Below the pieces are notes generated by a model. The model was not told the DNA's origin, searched no databases, and was given only the letters and a program-made list of their open reading frames with translations. From an uncultured Alphaproteobacteria bacterium (GTDB lineage Bacteria; Pseudomonadota; Alphaproteobacteria; Rs-D84): 64,000 bases of DNA. Of the stretch, positions 51,879-60,863 are shown in pieces. The stretch lies in assembly GCA_937903135.1 (NCBI GenBank), contig CALDAH010000008.1, positions 1,515-65,514 of the forward strand, in the 5' to 3' direction. The translations under genes were made by a program, and so were the position numbers. Positions within the stretch are counted from its first letter, which is position 1. Each line of letters begins with the position of its first letter.

Positions 51879-53222
51879 ATGACGGCTGATAAAACATCAT
51901 TACAGTTAGATTTACAAATCCCCGATAACAATAAACGGGAGATTTGTTTCATAGATCTTTTTGCAGGAATTGGCGGGACAAGAATTGGTCTGGAACAGGC
52001 ATTAATAGAATCCGGATTTATCCCTAAATGTGTGTTTACGTCTGAAATTAAGCCGTATGCGGTTGAGGCGTATCAACACAATTTTAATGATTCGGATATC
52101 AATGGGGACATTACAAAGGTATCCACGAATGACATACCCGATTTTGATATATTACTGGCGGGATTCCCGTGTCAGCCGTTTAGCAGTGCCGGCGTTCGCA
52201 AAGGGTTTGGTGATACCAGAGGGACGTTGTTTTTTGACATTGAAAGAATATTAAAAGAAAAACAGCCCAGTGCATTTTTATTGGAAAACGTAGAAGGTCT
52301 GGTTAACCACAATAATGGCGATACGCTATCTACGATAATTTTGCATCTGGAAAACCTGGGCTATAACGTTAGCTGGCGGGTTATAAACGCGGCAGATGTT
52401 GGCGTCCCACAAAACCGAAAGCGTATATATATTGTCGGAAATAAAAAAAATAAAATAGATTTGGACGGAATAGGGGCTGCACGTAAAACACTTAGTGCGA
52501 TACTTGAAACCGGATTGCCAACACTTGATACGGTGTTTACTAAGAAGTTATTATCTAAATATAAATTATCCGAATTATATGGCAAGGCAATAAAAGATAA
52601 ACGCGGCGGAAATGGTAATATTCACAGCTGGGACATAGAGCTTAAAGGTGCGGTAACAAAAAAACAAAAAGAACTGCTAGAAAAGATTGTATGCGAGAGA
52701 CGAAATAAAAAATGGGCCGAAAGCAAGGGGATAACCTGGATGGACGGTATGCCGTTAACATTATGTGAGATTTCCAGTTTTTATTCATGCGATATTAATG
52801 TTTTAAAAGATATGTTAGATGATTTGGTTCAAAAAGGCTATCTGACATACGAGCATCCAAAAGAAAAAGTTTTTTATACAGAAAATGGAAAAACGGTATC
52901 AAAACGCGAAAGAGATATAACAAAAGAAAAAGGTTATAATATTGTCGCCGGAAAACTATCTTTTGAAATATCTAAGATTCTAAATCCTGATGATGTTGCA
53001 CCAACACTGGTTGCGACGGATGTATCCAGAATTGCCGTGGTAGATACAGCGGGAATACGAAAACTATCAATTCGCGAAGGCTTGCGATTATTTGGATATC
53101 CCGAAAGTTATTCTTTGAATATGCTATCATACCAGGATGCGTATGATTTACTGGGGAATACTGTTGTTATTCCTGTAATACGTCAGGTCGCATTAAGGAT
53201 TATTAATTCAACACTTTATTAA
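51879..53222 (+). CDS. DNA (cytosine-5) methyltransferase
   Basis: FIDLFAGIGGTRIG (I), GFPCQPFSSAG (IV), ENVEGL (VI), QNRKRIYIVG (VIII), LLGNTV (X); long variable region. Confidence 0.9.
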   Translation: MTADKTSLQLDLQIPDNNKREICFIDLFAGIGGTRIGLEQALIESGFIPKCVFTSEIKPYAVEAYQHNFNDSDINGDITKVSTNDIPDFDILLAGFPCQPFSSAGVRKGFGDTRGTLFFDIERILKEKQPSAFLLENVEGLVNHNNGDTLSTIILHLENLGYNVSWRVINAADVGVPQNRKRIYIVGNKKNKIDLDGIGAARKTLSAILETGLPTLDTVFTKKLLSKYKLSELYGKAIKDKRGGNGNIHSWDIELKGAVTKKQKELLEKIVCERRNKKWAESKGITWMDGMPLTLCEISSFYSCDINVLKDMLDDLVQKGYLTYEHPKEKVFYTENGKTVSKRERDITKEKGYNIVAGKLSFEISKILNPDDVAPTLVATDVSRIAVVDTAGIRKLSIREGLRLFGYPESYSLNMLSYQDAYDLLGNTVVIPVIRQVALRIINSTLY

Positions 53223-53235
53223 CCCGTTCATACCA

Positions 53236-53859
53236 TTAGTCGGCTGAATCTTTGGTTTTTGGATATATTTTCATGGTCCGATGCAATGCGCTTACAAAAT
53301 CTGTCATGCTTGCAAACGGTTTATATTTACAGCCATCAGAATCCCATTTTCCGGGTCGGATGTTATAGATTGTGTTCTGTTTTTGTTGAACCTTTATCGG
53401 GTATGCGCTGCTCGGGCATGTTAATTCCCATATCTTTTTCAGCCATATTTTATGAATTTTTAAAACACCATCCCTTAGCGTATATGACATTACCAAATAA
53501 TCGGCATTCAGCCGGTATGGCTTGGTTTCTATGCTTCTGCAATATGCTTCGAAATTAGCGATGTCAAACCCTGCGCCGCGGTCCGCATCAAATGTTTTTA
53601 ATTCCAACAAATTATCGTTATCGGATTCTGATAGGAAATAATCTGGGAATTCCTGCGAGTTCGCGGGGACGCGAAAATATATATCATGAGCCTTTAAATA
53701 TTCCGCCAGCCAATTTTGCAGGGCATATCCGATAATGCTTTTGTCGTTAATAGTAACACTTTGCCCCATCATATTTATTACAATTTTCCCAGGCGATGTT
53801 TCCCACGGTTCGTGGATTAACATATCATAAATTTCTGTGGCTGTTTTATAAATTGGCAA
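53236..53859 (-). CDS. Probable type II restriction endonuclease (PD-(D/E)xK-like)
   Basis: FPDYFLSE...LLELKTFD fits PD...(D/E)xK. The gene is convergent with the methyltransferase, with a 13-nt gap. Confidence 0.5.
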   Translation of the reverse strand: MPIYKTATEIYDMLIHEPWETSPGKIVINMMGQSVTINDKSIIGYALQNWLAEYLKAHDIYFRVPANSQEFPDYFLSESDNDNLLELKTFDADRGAGFDIANFEAYCRSIETKPYRLNADYLVMSYTLRDGVLKIHKIWLKKIWELTCPSSAYPIKVQQKQNTIYNIRPGKWDSDGCKYKPFASMTDFVSALHRTMKIYPKTKDSAD

Positions 53860-53988
53860 TATTTCACCCCTGTTTTATTTTTATACTATCAATAAAAATT
53901 ACCGAATTCAAGGAATTAGTCGGCATGGGCAAAATTCAAACATCCATAACGGCGGGGGCGGTGGTTTTAGCCCCGGCCGCTATGAACC

Positions 53989-54654
53989 CTATCGTGTTTT
54001 GAATTGTGTTCCGATACTGGATTGAATTGCATCCATGCAGCGGTTATATTCAATCTGGGCGCGGGTATATATCCCGGAGGTAATTAAAAATTTATCCTGA
54101 TGGGCGATATATTTATTTTGATCGTGCAGGGACAGTGATGCAATCATATTCCCGTATTCCGTGGAAAAGAATTTCGGGTTATAGCCCAATTCCCACGAAA
54201 GCCGAATGCGATCCGCATCCCAGAGGCATGCCGATATCTCGTCCGGGGCATTTCGCCCGGTGGTATGGTTAGCGACCGCTGATAAGATCTTGTTTATTGT
54301 TTTTCTGCCCAGTGATGAATATTTTTCATTTAACATTTTTTCTGCGATCGGAACGCATGCCGGGCCGTGTTCTTCGCAGTATGCATCGTTTGTTCGTGCG
54401 CAGTCATGCAGCCCGCACGCCAGCATTACAGGTATCGGCGAAACTTTCGTCGCGATCGCGATTTCTATGCCAAACAATCCGACCTGGATAGTGTGCGATA
54501 TGCCGTGATAGCCGTATCGGGACTGATTAGATATTTTCTGAATAACTGGTAAAATCTCGTACATAAATATATTTGTATATGCGGCCTTGGCCGAAAATGC
54601 GCGGCGCATCGGGATAATTCCGGTTGGGTATTTAATTGGTAATGGTGTATTCAT
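53989..54654 (-). CDS. HD-domain protein
   Basis: HGISHTIQV...LACGLHDCAR (H...HD metal-binding motif). Confidence 0.65.
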   Translation of the reverse strand: MNTPLPIKYPTGIIPMRRAFSAKAAYTNIFMYEILPVIQKISNQSRYGYHGISHTIQVGLFGIEIAIATKVSPIPVMLACGLHDCARTNDAYCEEHGPACVPIAEKMLNEKYSSLGRKTINKILSAVANHTTGRNAPDEISACLWDADRIRLSWELGYNPKFFSTEYGNMIASLSLHDQNKYIAHQDKFLITSGIYTRAQIEYNRCMDAIQSSIGTQFKTR

Positions 54655-54813
54655 AATTTATTCAATCCGTTATATAATTCGGATGCTTAATATGACATAG
54701 AGCCTGAGCCGGGTCAACTATTTTTAAATAATTTTTAATAAAATGTTTTTTTATCTATCCGCCTTGAAATGGGATGTTTTTAATATATAATGCGATAAAA
54801 GGCAGCATTTATT

Positions 54814-56040
54814 ATGGACTATGTGTTATTAATTATTGGCATTATTGCCGGTGGGATTATTGGGTGGTTGGCCGCGACTGCACGCAGTGGTGGCAACGAC
54901 CGGATTCGCATATCCCAGCTGCAGGCGTTATTAAATCAGCAGCGTCAGGAGATTGATTCCCTGCGCGCAAAGAATGAAACACTCGTCGCGGCGGCGGCCG
55001 CGAAACGCCAAGAGGTGGAAACACTTGCCGGTGTTCGTGATAAAATGCTAAATGATTTCAAGGCTATATCTGCCGAGCTGATTGAAAAACAAAAAGAATC
55101 TGTTGTCGGAACGCAAAAGACTGTATTAATACCGGTCCAAGAGGAGATGAAAAACCTTAAAGACGGGATTGATAAACGCATAGCAGAGCTGCTGAAAACA
55201 TCTGTTGAAAACAAGACTGCGACCGCCGCGCAGATTCAAAACATGCTGGAAAAAAGCGACCAGCTGCAGCGCGAGGCAACAAACCTGGCAAATGCGCTGA
55301 AGAATAAAAAGACCCAGGGGTGCTGGGGGGAAACGTATCTGGAAAATGTTTTACAGATGCTCGGATTCATTGAAAACATAGATTATACAAAAGAAGAATT
55401 CTTTCACAGCGATGACGGAAATATTCGTCCGGATTTTATCGTAAATCTGCCGAATAACCGTCGGATTATTATAGATTCTAAGGTATCGCTGGAGAGTTAT
55501 ATTAATTATGAAAACGCTGAAAACGATGCCGATCGCGACCGGTTCGCAGACGAGTTTATTCGTGCAACTGAAAATCATATAAATAAACTGGGGGCAAAAG
55601 AGTATCAGAAAAAGGTTAAAGATTCAGGGCTGGATTACGTATTTATGTTTATGCCGCTGGAATCTGCATATATTTTAGCAATGCGTCGCCGGCCCGAGCT
55701 GTATGCGGGCGCCCAGAAAAAGAACGTTGCACTGATTACGTCATCACTGCTGTTCCCGATTTTAAAAACGGTTGAGATGCTGCTTAAACTCGACCGTCAG
55801 AATAAAAATATATCCGAGGTTGTGGATATGGTAAATAAGCTCTATGAAAAATATGCGGGATTTACCGAAAGTTTTTCTGATATCGGGCGCAGTATTACAA
55901 ATGCCCAGAAATCGTACGATAAGGCCCTAGGGCAGCTTACCCTTGGAAAGGGGAATATATCTGGATGGTTTGAAAAAATAAAACAAAAAAGTGGAATTAC
56001 AACAAACAAAACAGCAGCGTTGGAATACAAAGATGAATAA
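54814..56040 (+). CDS. rmuC: DNA recombination protein RmuC
   Basis: N-terminal TM helix, long coiled coil, and the nuclease-like core RPDFIVNLPNNRRIIIDSKVSL..Y. Confidence 0.85.
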   Translation: MDYVLLIIGIIAGGIIGWLAATARSGGNDRIRISQLQALLNQQRQEIDSLRAKNETLVAAAAAKRQEVETLAGVRDKMLNDFKAISAELIEKQKESVVGTQKTVLIPVQEEMKNLKDGIDKRIAELLKTSVENKTATAAQIQNMLEKSDQLQREATNLANALKNKKTQGCWGETYLENVLQMLGFIENIDYTKEEFFHSDDGNIRPDFIVNLPNNRRIIIDSKVSLESYINYENAENDADRDRFADEFIRATENHINKLGAKEYQKKVKDSGLDYVFMFMPLESAYILAMRRRPELYAGAQKKNVALITSSLLFPILKTVEMLLKLDRQNKNISEVVDMVNKLYEKYAGFTESFSDIGRSITNAQKSYDKALGQLTLGKGNISGWFEKIKQKSGITTNKTAALEYKDE

Positions 56041-56539
56041 TTTAGAGATGAAACTTTGCGGTGATTTAGTATTGCGTGAAAAATGCGCGCCGGTTAATGA
56101 TATTACACCGGATGTAATATCCGCGATGGAAAGCATGACCCGGATGATGCGCGAACAGAACGGTGTTGGACTGGCCGCGCCCCAGGTTGGAATTTTAAAA
56201 CGCTTTTTGGTTATGATAGATCCCGATACCGAACAGGTATTTAAAATGATAAACCCTGTAATTGTTCAGCGCAGCAGCGATACTTGTTCAATGGAAGAAG
56301 GCTGCCTGTCTGTATTAGGGGCGGATAACCTGCCGGTATTTTCAAATGTCGTGCGCCCGAAATCGGTTGTTGTTAAATGGACCGATGACGCCGGCGTGGA
56401 ACGCTGCGCGGAAATGTCCGGATTACCCGCGCGGATTGTTCAGCATGAAACCGATCACCTGGACGGGGTATTGTTTATTGACCTGCTATCGCCGATAAAG
56501 CGTGAAATGGTTATGCGTAAGGTAAGGCGGCGTAAATGA
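56033..56539 (+). CDS. def: Peptide deformylase
   Basis: GVGLAAPQVG, EGCLS and HETDHLDG motifs; the start is ATG 56033 or 56048. Confidence 0.9.
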   Translation: MNNLEMKLCGDLVLREKCAPVNDITPDVISAMESMTRMMREQNGVGLAAPQVGILKRFLVMIDPDTEQVFKMINPVIVQRSSDTCSMEEGCLSVLGADNLPVFSNVVRPKSVVVKWTDDAGVERCAEMSGLPARIVQHETDHLDGVLFIDLLSPIKREMVMRKVRRRK

Positions 56540-57339
56540 AACTGGTTTTAATGGGGACTAATTCTTTTGTCGTCCCAATGTTTGATGCCATATTAAATGC
56601 CGGGCATGAGATTATTGCTGTTTTTACGCGGCCGCCAAAACCGGTCGGACGAAAACAGATCCTGACCCCGTCGCCGGTTCATCTCTGGGCGCAATCGCAT
56701 GGCTTAGCGGTGCATACGGATATATCCGAGTATTGCTATGCGCCGGATATGGTTGTGGTTGTATCATATGGCGTAATATTGCGTGATAATGTTTTACAAT
56801 CCGCACCGTGCGTTAATATTCACCCCAGTGATTTGCCCCAATATCGCGGCCCGTCACCGATACGAACGGCGATATATAACGGGGACGATAAATCAGCGGT
56901 ATGCTTAATCAAAATAACACCGGAATTAGATGCCGGGGATATTTATATGCGTCGTGAATTTTCAATTGGCGAAAATGATACGAACGATACAATTGAATCC
57001 CGCGTGTCCGAGATCGGGGCAGACATGCTGGTGGAATATTTAAAAAATCCGGATAAATATACGCCCGCCCCACAGAATGGCCCGGTTACGTTTACGCGTA
57101 AATTTACCAGCGCGGACGAGGTTATTGATTGGTCGCGTGGCGCGCAAAATATACATAATCAAATCAGGGCCATCGGGGCGGGGCGAACCAAAATCAACGG
57201 CATGGATGTTAAAATCTTGGAAACCAAAATTACCGACGGTGCGCTGGAGATTATTCGTATTTTACCGGCCGGGAAAAAGCCGATGGATTGGAAAAGTTTT
57301 GTAAATGGTCTGCGCGGTGCAGAAATAAAAATAGGGTAG
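56536..57339 (+). CDS. fmt: Methionyl-tRNA formyltransferase (short, 267 aa)
   Basis: NIHPSDLPQYRGPSPI; ATGA overlap with def. Confidence 0.85.
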   Translation: MKLVLMGTNSFVVPMFDAILNAGHEIIAVFTRPPKPVGRKQILTPSPVHLWAQSHGLAVHTDISEYCYAPDMVVVVSYGVILRDNVLQSAPCVNIHPSDLPQYRGPSPIRTAIYNGDDKSAVCLIKITPELDAGDIYMRREFSIGENDTNDTIESRVSEIGADMLVEYLKNPDKYTPAPQNGPVTFTRKFTSADEVIDWSRGAQNIHNQIRAIGAGRTKINGMDVKILETKITDGALEIIRILPAGKKPMDWKSFVNGLRGAEIKIG

Positions 57340-57345
57340 TATAAA

Positions 57346-57534
57346 ATGACAGACGGTCGTTGTATTAATTGTAAATATATCAAGAAAATATCAGATTATA
57401 AATATATATGTACGTATACAAACTGCGTTGAAAAAGTATTGCATATGATGGAACTGAAAAAATCTTTTGAAGAAGTTCCTTTGTTCGCCACGTGCAATCG
57501 TTTTATGATAAAAGAAAAAAATAATTCCAGATAA
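57346..57534 (+). CDS. Small Cys-containing hypothetical protein
   Basis: 62-codon ORF. Its stop overlaps the truA start (TAATG). Contains CINC...C...C...C. Confidence 0.35.
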   Translation: MTDGRCINCKYIKKISDYKYICTYTNCVEKVLHMMELKKSFEEVPLFATCNRFMIKEKNNSR

Positions 57535-58274
57535 TGACGCGATACAAAGTAATTCTTGAATACGATGGCGCGGGGCTGATCGGGTGGCAGGAAAACCGCC
57601 AAGGGCCATCGGTTCAGTCTATTCTAAAAGATGCGATTTTTGCGTTCTGCGGTCAGCGACCCGATGTTGTTGGCGCGGGCCGAACCGATGCCGGGGTGCA
57701 TGCCGTTGCGATGGTTGCGCATTTTGATCTGGATAATAACGCGTCCGCTGAAACCGTAATGCGGGCACTGAATTTCTATCTGGTCGGGCAGCCGGTTTCT
57801 GTATTGCAATGCAGTATCGCGTCGGATGATTTTAACGCGCGTTTTTCATGTATTGGCCGGGCATATAAATATGTGGTAAAAAACCGTCCGGCGCGTCCGG
57901 TGCTGGATGATAAATCATGGTGGATTCCGCGCCCGCTGAATATATCTGCGATGCGCAGCGCGGCGGAAAAACTGGTCGGGCAGCATGATTTTACCAGTTT
58001 TCGTGCCGCCCAGTGCCAGGCAAAAAGTCCCATAAAAACATTGGATGTTTGCACGATTACGCAAAACGGGGATGATATTATTTTTGAATTCTATGCCCGT
58101 TCATTCCTGCACCACCAGGTTCGTAATATGGTCGGAACGCTGGTCGCAATCGGTCAGGGAAAACCGTATGATATAGATGCGGTCTTTGCCGCCGCGGCAC
58201 GCAGTGCGGCCGGACCAACCGCGCCTGCGGGTGGTTTGTTTTTCATGCGCGCGGATTATGCCAACGACGATTAA
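57534..58274 (+). CDS. truA: tRNA pseudouridine(38-40) synthase
   Basis: GAGRTDAGVHA catalytic motif, and FLHHQVRNMVG. Confidence 0.9.
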   Translation: MTRYKVILEYDGAGLIGWQENRQGPSVQSILKDAIFAFCGQRPDVVGAGRTDAGVHAVAMVAHFDLDNNASAETVMRALNFYLVGQPVSVLQCSIASDDFNARFSCIGRAYKYVVKNRPARPVLDDKSWWIPRPLNISAMRSAAEKLVGQHDFTSFRAAQCQAKSPIKTLDVCTITQNGDDIIFEFYARSFLHHQVRNMVGTLVAIGQGKPYDIDAVFAAAARSAAGPTAPAGGLFFMRADYANDD

Positions 58275-60174
58275 TCGGGTTATATTTTACGCGTCCCGAT
58301 TTATATATTATAAAATTACCACGCAGAATCTTTTTGTCGCATTTCGCCGAACGGATATTAAAGTATGAAATTATATAGTCTATATCCGGGTCGGCGCATA
58401 GTGATGCGATATTTTTAGACAGCGGGACAAATTTCTGAATATATGCCAGATTAAAGTTTTCAGATCGGTATATGCATACGCCATGCGGGCATTTACGACG
58501 ATGATTTGGCGTGCCGGCCCGATCCCCGTTCATTTGTTTCCACGTATCAAACGCAAAGAAATGATTCGCCGCCCGTGATTTATTAAATTCAAGTTTCCCG
58601 TCATATACAAAACCGATTAATTCGTGATCCGGGGTTATATAAACCTGACCGCGTGGCGTGGTAAAAAATGTTATAATACCGATCGCAATAAATGTCCCGC
58701 CAAGTGCATAGCGCAGACGCGCACTGCTGGCAAATAATAAACATATAAACCCGATAATTATTAACATTAACGTCAGGTTGGATATATGGGGCATTGTAAT
58801 CATCGCCCCGGGCAGTGCGGATATCTTTTCGGCGACCGATAATGCGAATTCATATATTCTATTCGCGATATCCAGCGGCAGATTAAATCCGATTGCCGCG
58901 AATGCCGTTCCGATTATAACCAGTGGCATAATTATAACTGAAAATATCGGCAGTAAAATTAAATTCCCCGCCAGACCATATATCGGGACTGAATAAAAAT
59001 GCGCAGCAACAAACGGTGTGGTAAATACTGTCGCAATAACAGACGTAAGGGTTGCGGCATAAACAGCCTTTAAAATTTTATTTTTCGGCATTTTAGGTTT
59101 TATATCACCCCAGAACCATATTAATCCAAATACGGCCGAGAATGATAATTGAAACCCGGCCTGCATTACGTAATGTGGATTAATTAAAAATACCATGCAA
59201 AAAGCGATGCATATATTTCGCATAGATATTGCCCCGCGCCCAAGTATAAACGCGGCGAATATTAGCGTTGTCATTGCAAATGCGCGAATTGTTGCAACGC
59301 CGCAGCCCGATAGTAATAGATAAAGACCGATTCCAATCCATGCGATTATAAATGCCGGAAACTTGGCCGGTATTCGGCGTGTAATATATGGTATGCGACG
59401 AAAAATCATATAAAATAATGCAAACAGCCACCCGGATATTAGCGTGATGTGAAAACCACTGATTGACCATACGTGGGATATGCCGGCGGCGGTCCATATC
59501 TGACGGTCTGCCTCGGGCAGTGCGTTTTTATATCCCAGAACTAAACTGTCGGTTAAAAATGAATTCGCGCGGCGATGTAAAAAGCTGCGTAATGAATTTA
59601 TACCGAATTCATCGGTTGGATCAATAATTCTGTATTCGCCGATAAAACCGGTCGCACTGATATTATTAAAGTATGTCCAGCGTGCATAGTCAAATGCACC
59701 CGGTGCATATGATGGGTTCGGGCGAAATAATGTCGCGGTTAACGACAGTGTATCCCCGATTCGCGGGATTGTGTTTTCTGCCGCCATTGACAGGCGCACC
59801 ATTGCCGTATCATCGCGATCCACGCCAATATCACGGGCGTTAACCCGCAGATACATCCGCGTTTTATCCGGGGTAAAGTCAATATTTGCAACCTCGGCTG
59901 TGATATTGGCATCCCGCATTGTTCGCGGCATTTGTGGTGTGTTTATTATCCCGGTATATGTAACGGCATAGAAAAATCCGAATATAATTATCGCAGGGCC
60001 ACGCAGTGTTAATGGAATTTGTTTTATAAAGGCAATAATCAGAAACGCGATTGTAAAAAATATTGCGCCGGGAATTTTCGGTTCAAACGGCATTGTGAAA
60101 TATGCAGCCGCACCGAACGCCATTAGAAACGGTGATATATTAACTAAACTTGGGAATAATTTTTGCATACGCAA
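58243..60174 (-). CDS. comEC: ComEC/Rec2-family DNA internalization channel protein (no beta-lactamase-like domain evident)
   Basis: N-terminal DUF4131-like region followed by a polytopic competence domain (SGFHITLISG...); 643 aa. Confidence 0.75.
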   Translation of the reverse strand: MRMQKLFPSLVNISPFLMAFGAAAYFTMPFEPKIPGAIFFTIAFLIIAFIKQIPLTLRGPAIIIFGFFYAVTYTGIINTPQMPRTMRDANITAEVANIDFTPDKTRMYLRVNARDIGVDRDDTAMVRLSMAAENTIPRIGDTLSLTATLFRPNPSYAPGAFDYARWTYFNNISATGFIGEYRIIDPTDEFGINSLRSFLHRRANSFLTDSLVLGYKNALPEADRQIWTAAGISHVWSISGFHITLISGWLFALFYMIFRRIPYITRRIPAKFPAFIIAWIGIGLYLLLSGCGVATIRAFAMTTLIFAAFILGRGAISMRNICIAFCMVFLINPHYVMQAGFQLSFSAVFGLIWFWGDIKPKMPKNKILKAVYAATLTSVIATVFTTPFVAAHFYSVPIYGLAGNLILLPIFSVIIMPLVIIGTAFAAIGFNLPLDIANRIYEFALSVAEKISALPGAMITMPHISNLTLMLIIIGFICLLFASSARLRYALGGTFIAIGIITFFTTPRGQVYITPDHELIGFVYDGKLEFNKSRAANHFFAFDTWKQMNGDRAGTPNHRRKCPHGVCIYRSENFNLAYIQKFVPLSKNIASLCADPDIDYIISYFNIRSAKCDKKILRGNFIIYKSGRVKYNPINRRWHNPRA

Positions 60175-60210
60175 TTATAGGATTATATACCGTTATATAT
60201 CAACAATTAA

Positions 60211-60522
60211 TTATCCGAAAATAAATTTGTTATTAGCGGTAATTTTTATTATTTCATCCATATTATCATTATCGGCGCAACGTTGTCGTTTTTCTTTGCC
60301 GCATTTTTCACAGATATGCGTAATAACAAATCTGTCCCCGTCCATGGTAATATTTGCAGGGCGCATCATACCGCCACATACTGCCGCACGATCGCCGGGG
60401 TTATTATCAACGTGTCGCGACCATAAACATTCAGGGCAGTGATTAGTATAACCGTTGCCATGAACAACTGCGCCGCAATGGGCGCAGTTAAAATCTTCTA
60501 TTGTTTTTGTAAAAGACTTCAT
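60211..60522 (-). CDS. RNHCP-domain protein
   Basis: CAHCG...GYTNHCPECLWSRHVDNNPGDRAAVCGGMM...CEKCG. Confidence 0.75.
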   Translation of the reverse strand: MKSFTKTIEDFNCAHCGAVVHGNGYTNHCPECLWSRHVDNNPGDRAAVCGGMMRPANITMDGDRFVITHICEKCGKEKRQRCADNDNMDEIIKITANNKFIFG

Positions 60523-60770
60523 TATATCCCCAATGCGTTACGGTACATCTGGGTTAATTCATCAGCTTCGTCTAATTCATCCGGGTCCAGTTTACGCAGG
60601 CGAATCATCTGGCGGATATATTTCGGGTCAAAACCGGCGGATTTAGCTTCGCTATAGATTTCTTTGATATCTGCGGCGATGGCAGCGGTATCTTCGTTAA
60701 GTTTTTCAATCCGTTCAATAATGCTAACCAGCTGTTGGTTATCAATTGCGCCATGATTTGCATTTTTCAT
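60522..60770 (-). CDS. gapR: GapR/DUF2312-family nucleoid-associated protein
   Basis: QLVSIIERIEKLNEDTAAIAADIKEIYSEAKSAGFDPKYIRQMIRLRK matches the DUF2312 signature. Confidence 0.8.
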   Translation of the reverse strand: MKNANHGAIDNQQLVSIIERIEKLNEDTAAIAADIKEIYSEAKSAGFDPKYIRQMIRLRKLDPDELDEADELTQMYRNALGI

Positions 60771-60863
60771 AAAGATTTCCCCTTGTTTCTTGTCAAAGTT
60801 TATGATATACCATAAATCTCAAAAATCAAGAAAAACAAAATTGATTAATTAAAGAGTGTGAAA

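Larger units (their letters stand above)
34701..54700. mobile_element. Mosaic genomic island / decayed prophage-like element downstream of tRNA-Ser (borders approximate)
   Basis: Contains a serine recombinase, HNH, terminase/ParB/MuF fragments, R-M genes and toxin genes. Composition jumps between single 60-nt lines counted by hand: 16/60 GC at 39001, 41/60 at 43381, against 31/60 in murG at 4261. Housekeeping genes lie on both sides. Confidence 0.6.

Noticed and set aside
52443-52450. A8 run inside the second dcm gene as a possible phase-variation tract
   Set aside because: It is in frame at present and simply encodes Lys/Asn in an AT-rich gene. It is too short and too common in this AT-rich segment to argue for phase variation.
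54655-54813. Search for a duplicate of the tRNA-Ser 3' end (att-type direct repeat) at the presumed right border of the island
   Set aside because: Only a 7-nt match (ATCCGCC) was found, which is too short to be meaningful. Serine recombinases do not require long direct repeats, so the right border remains undefined.
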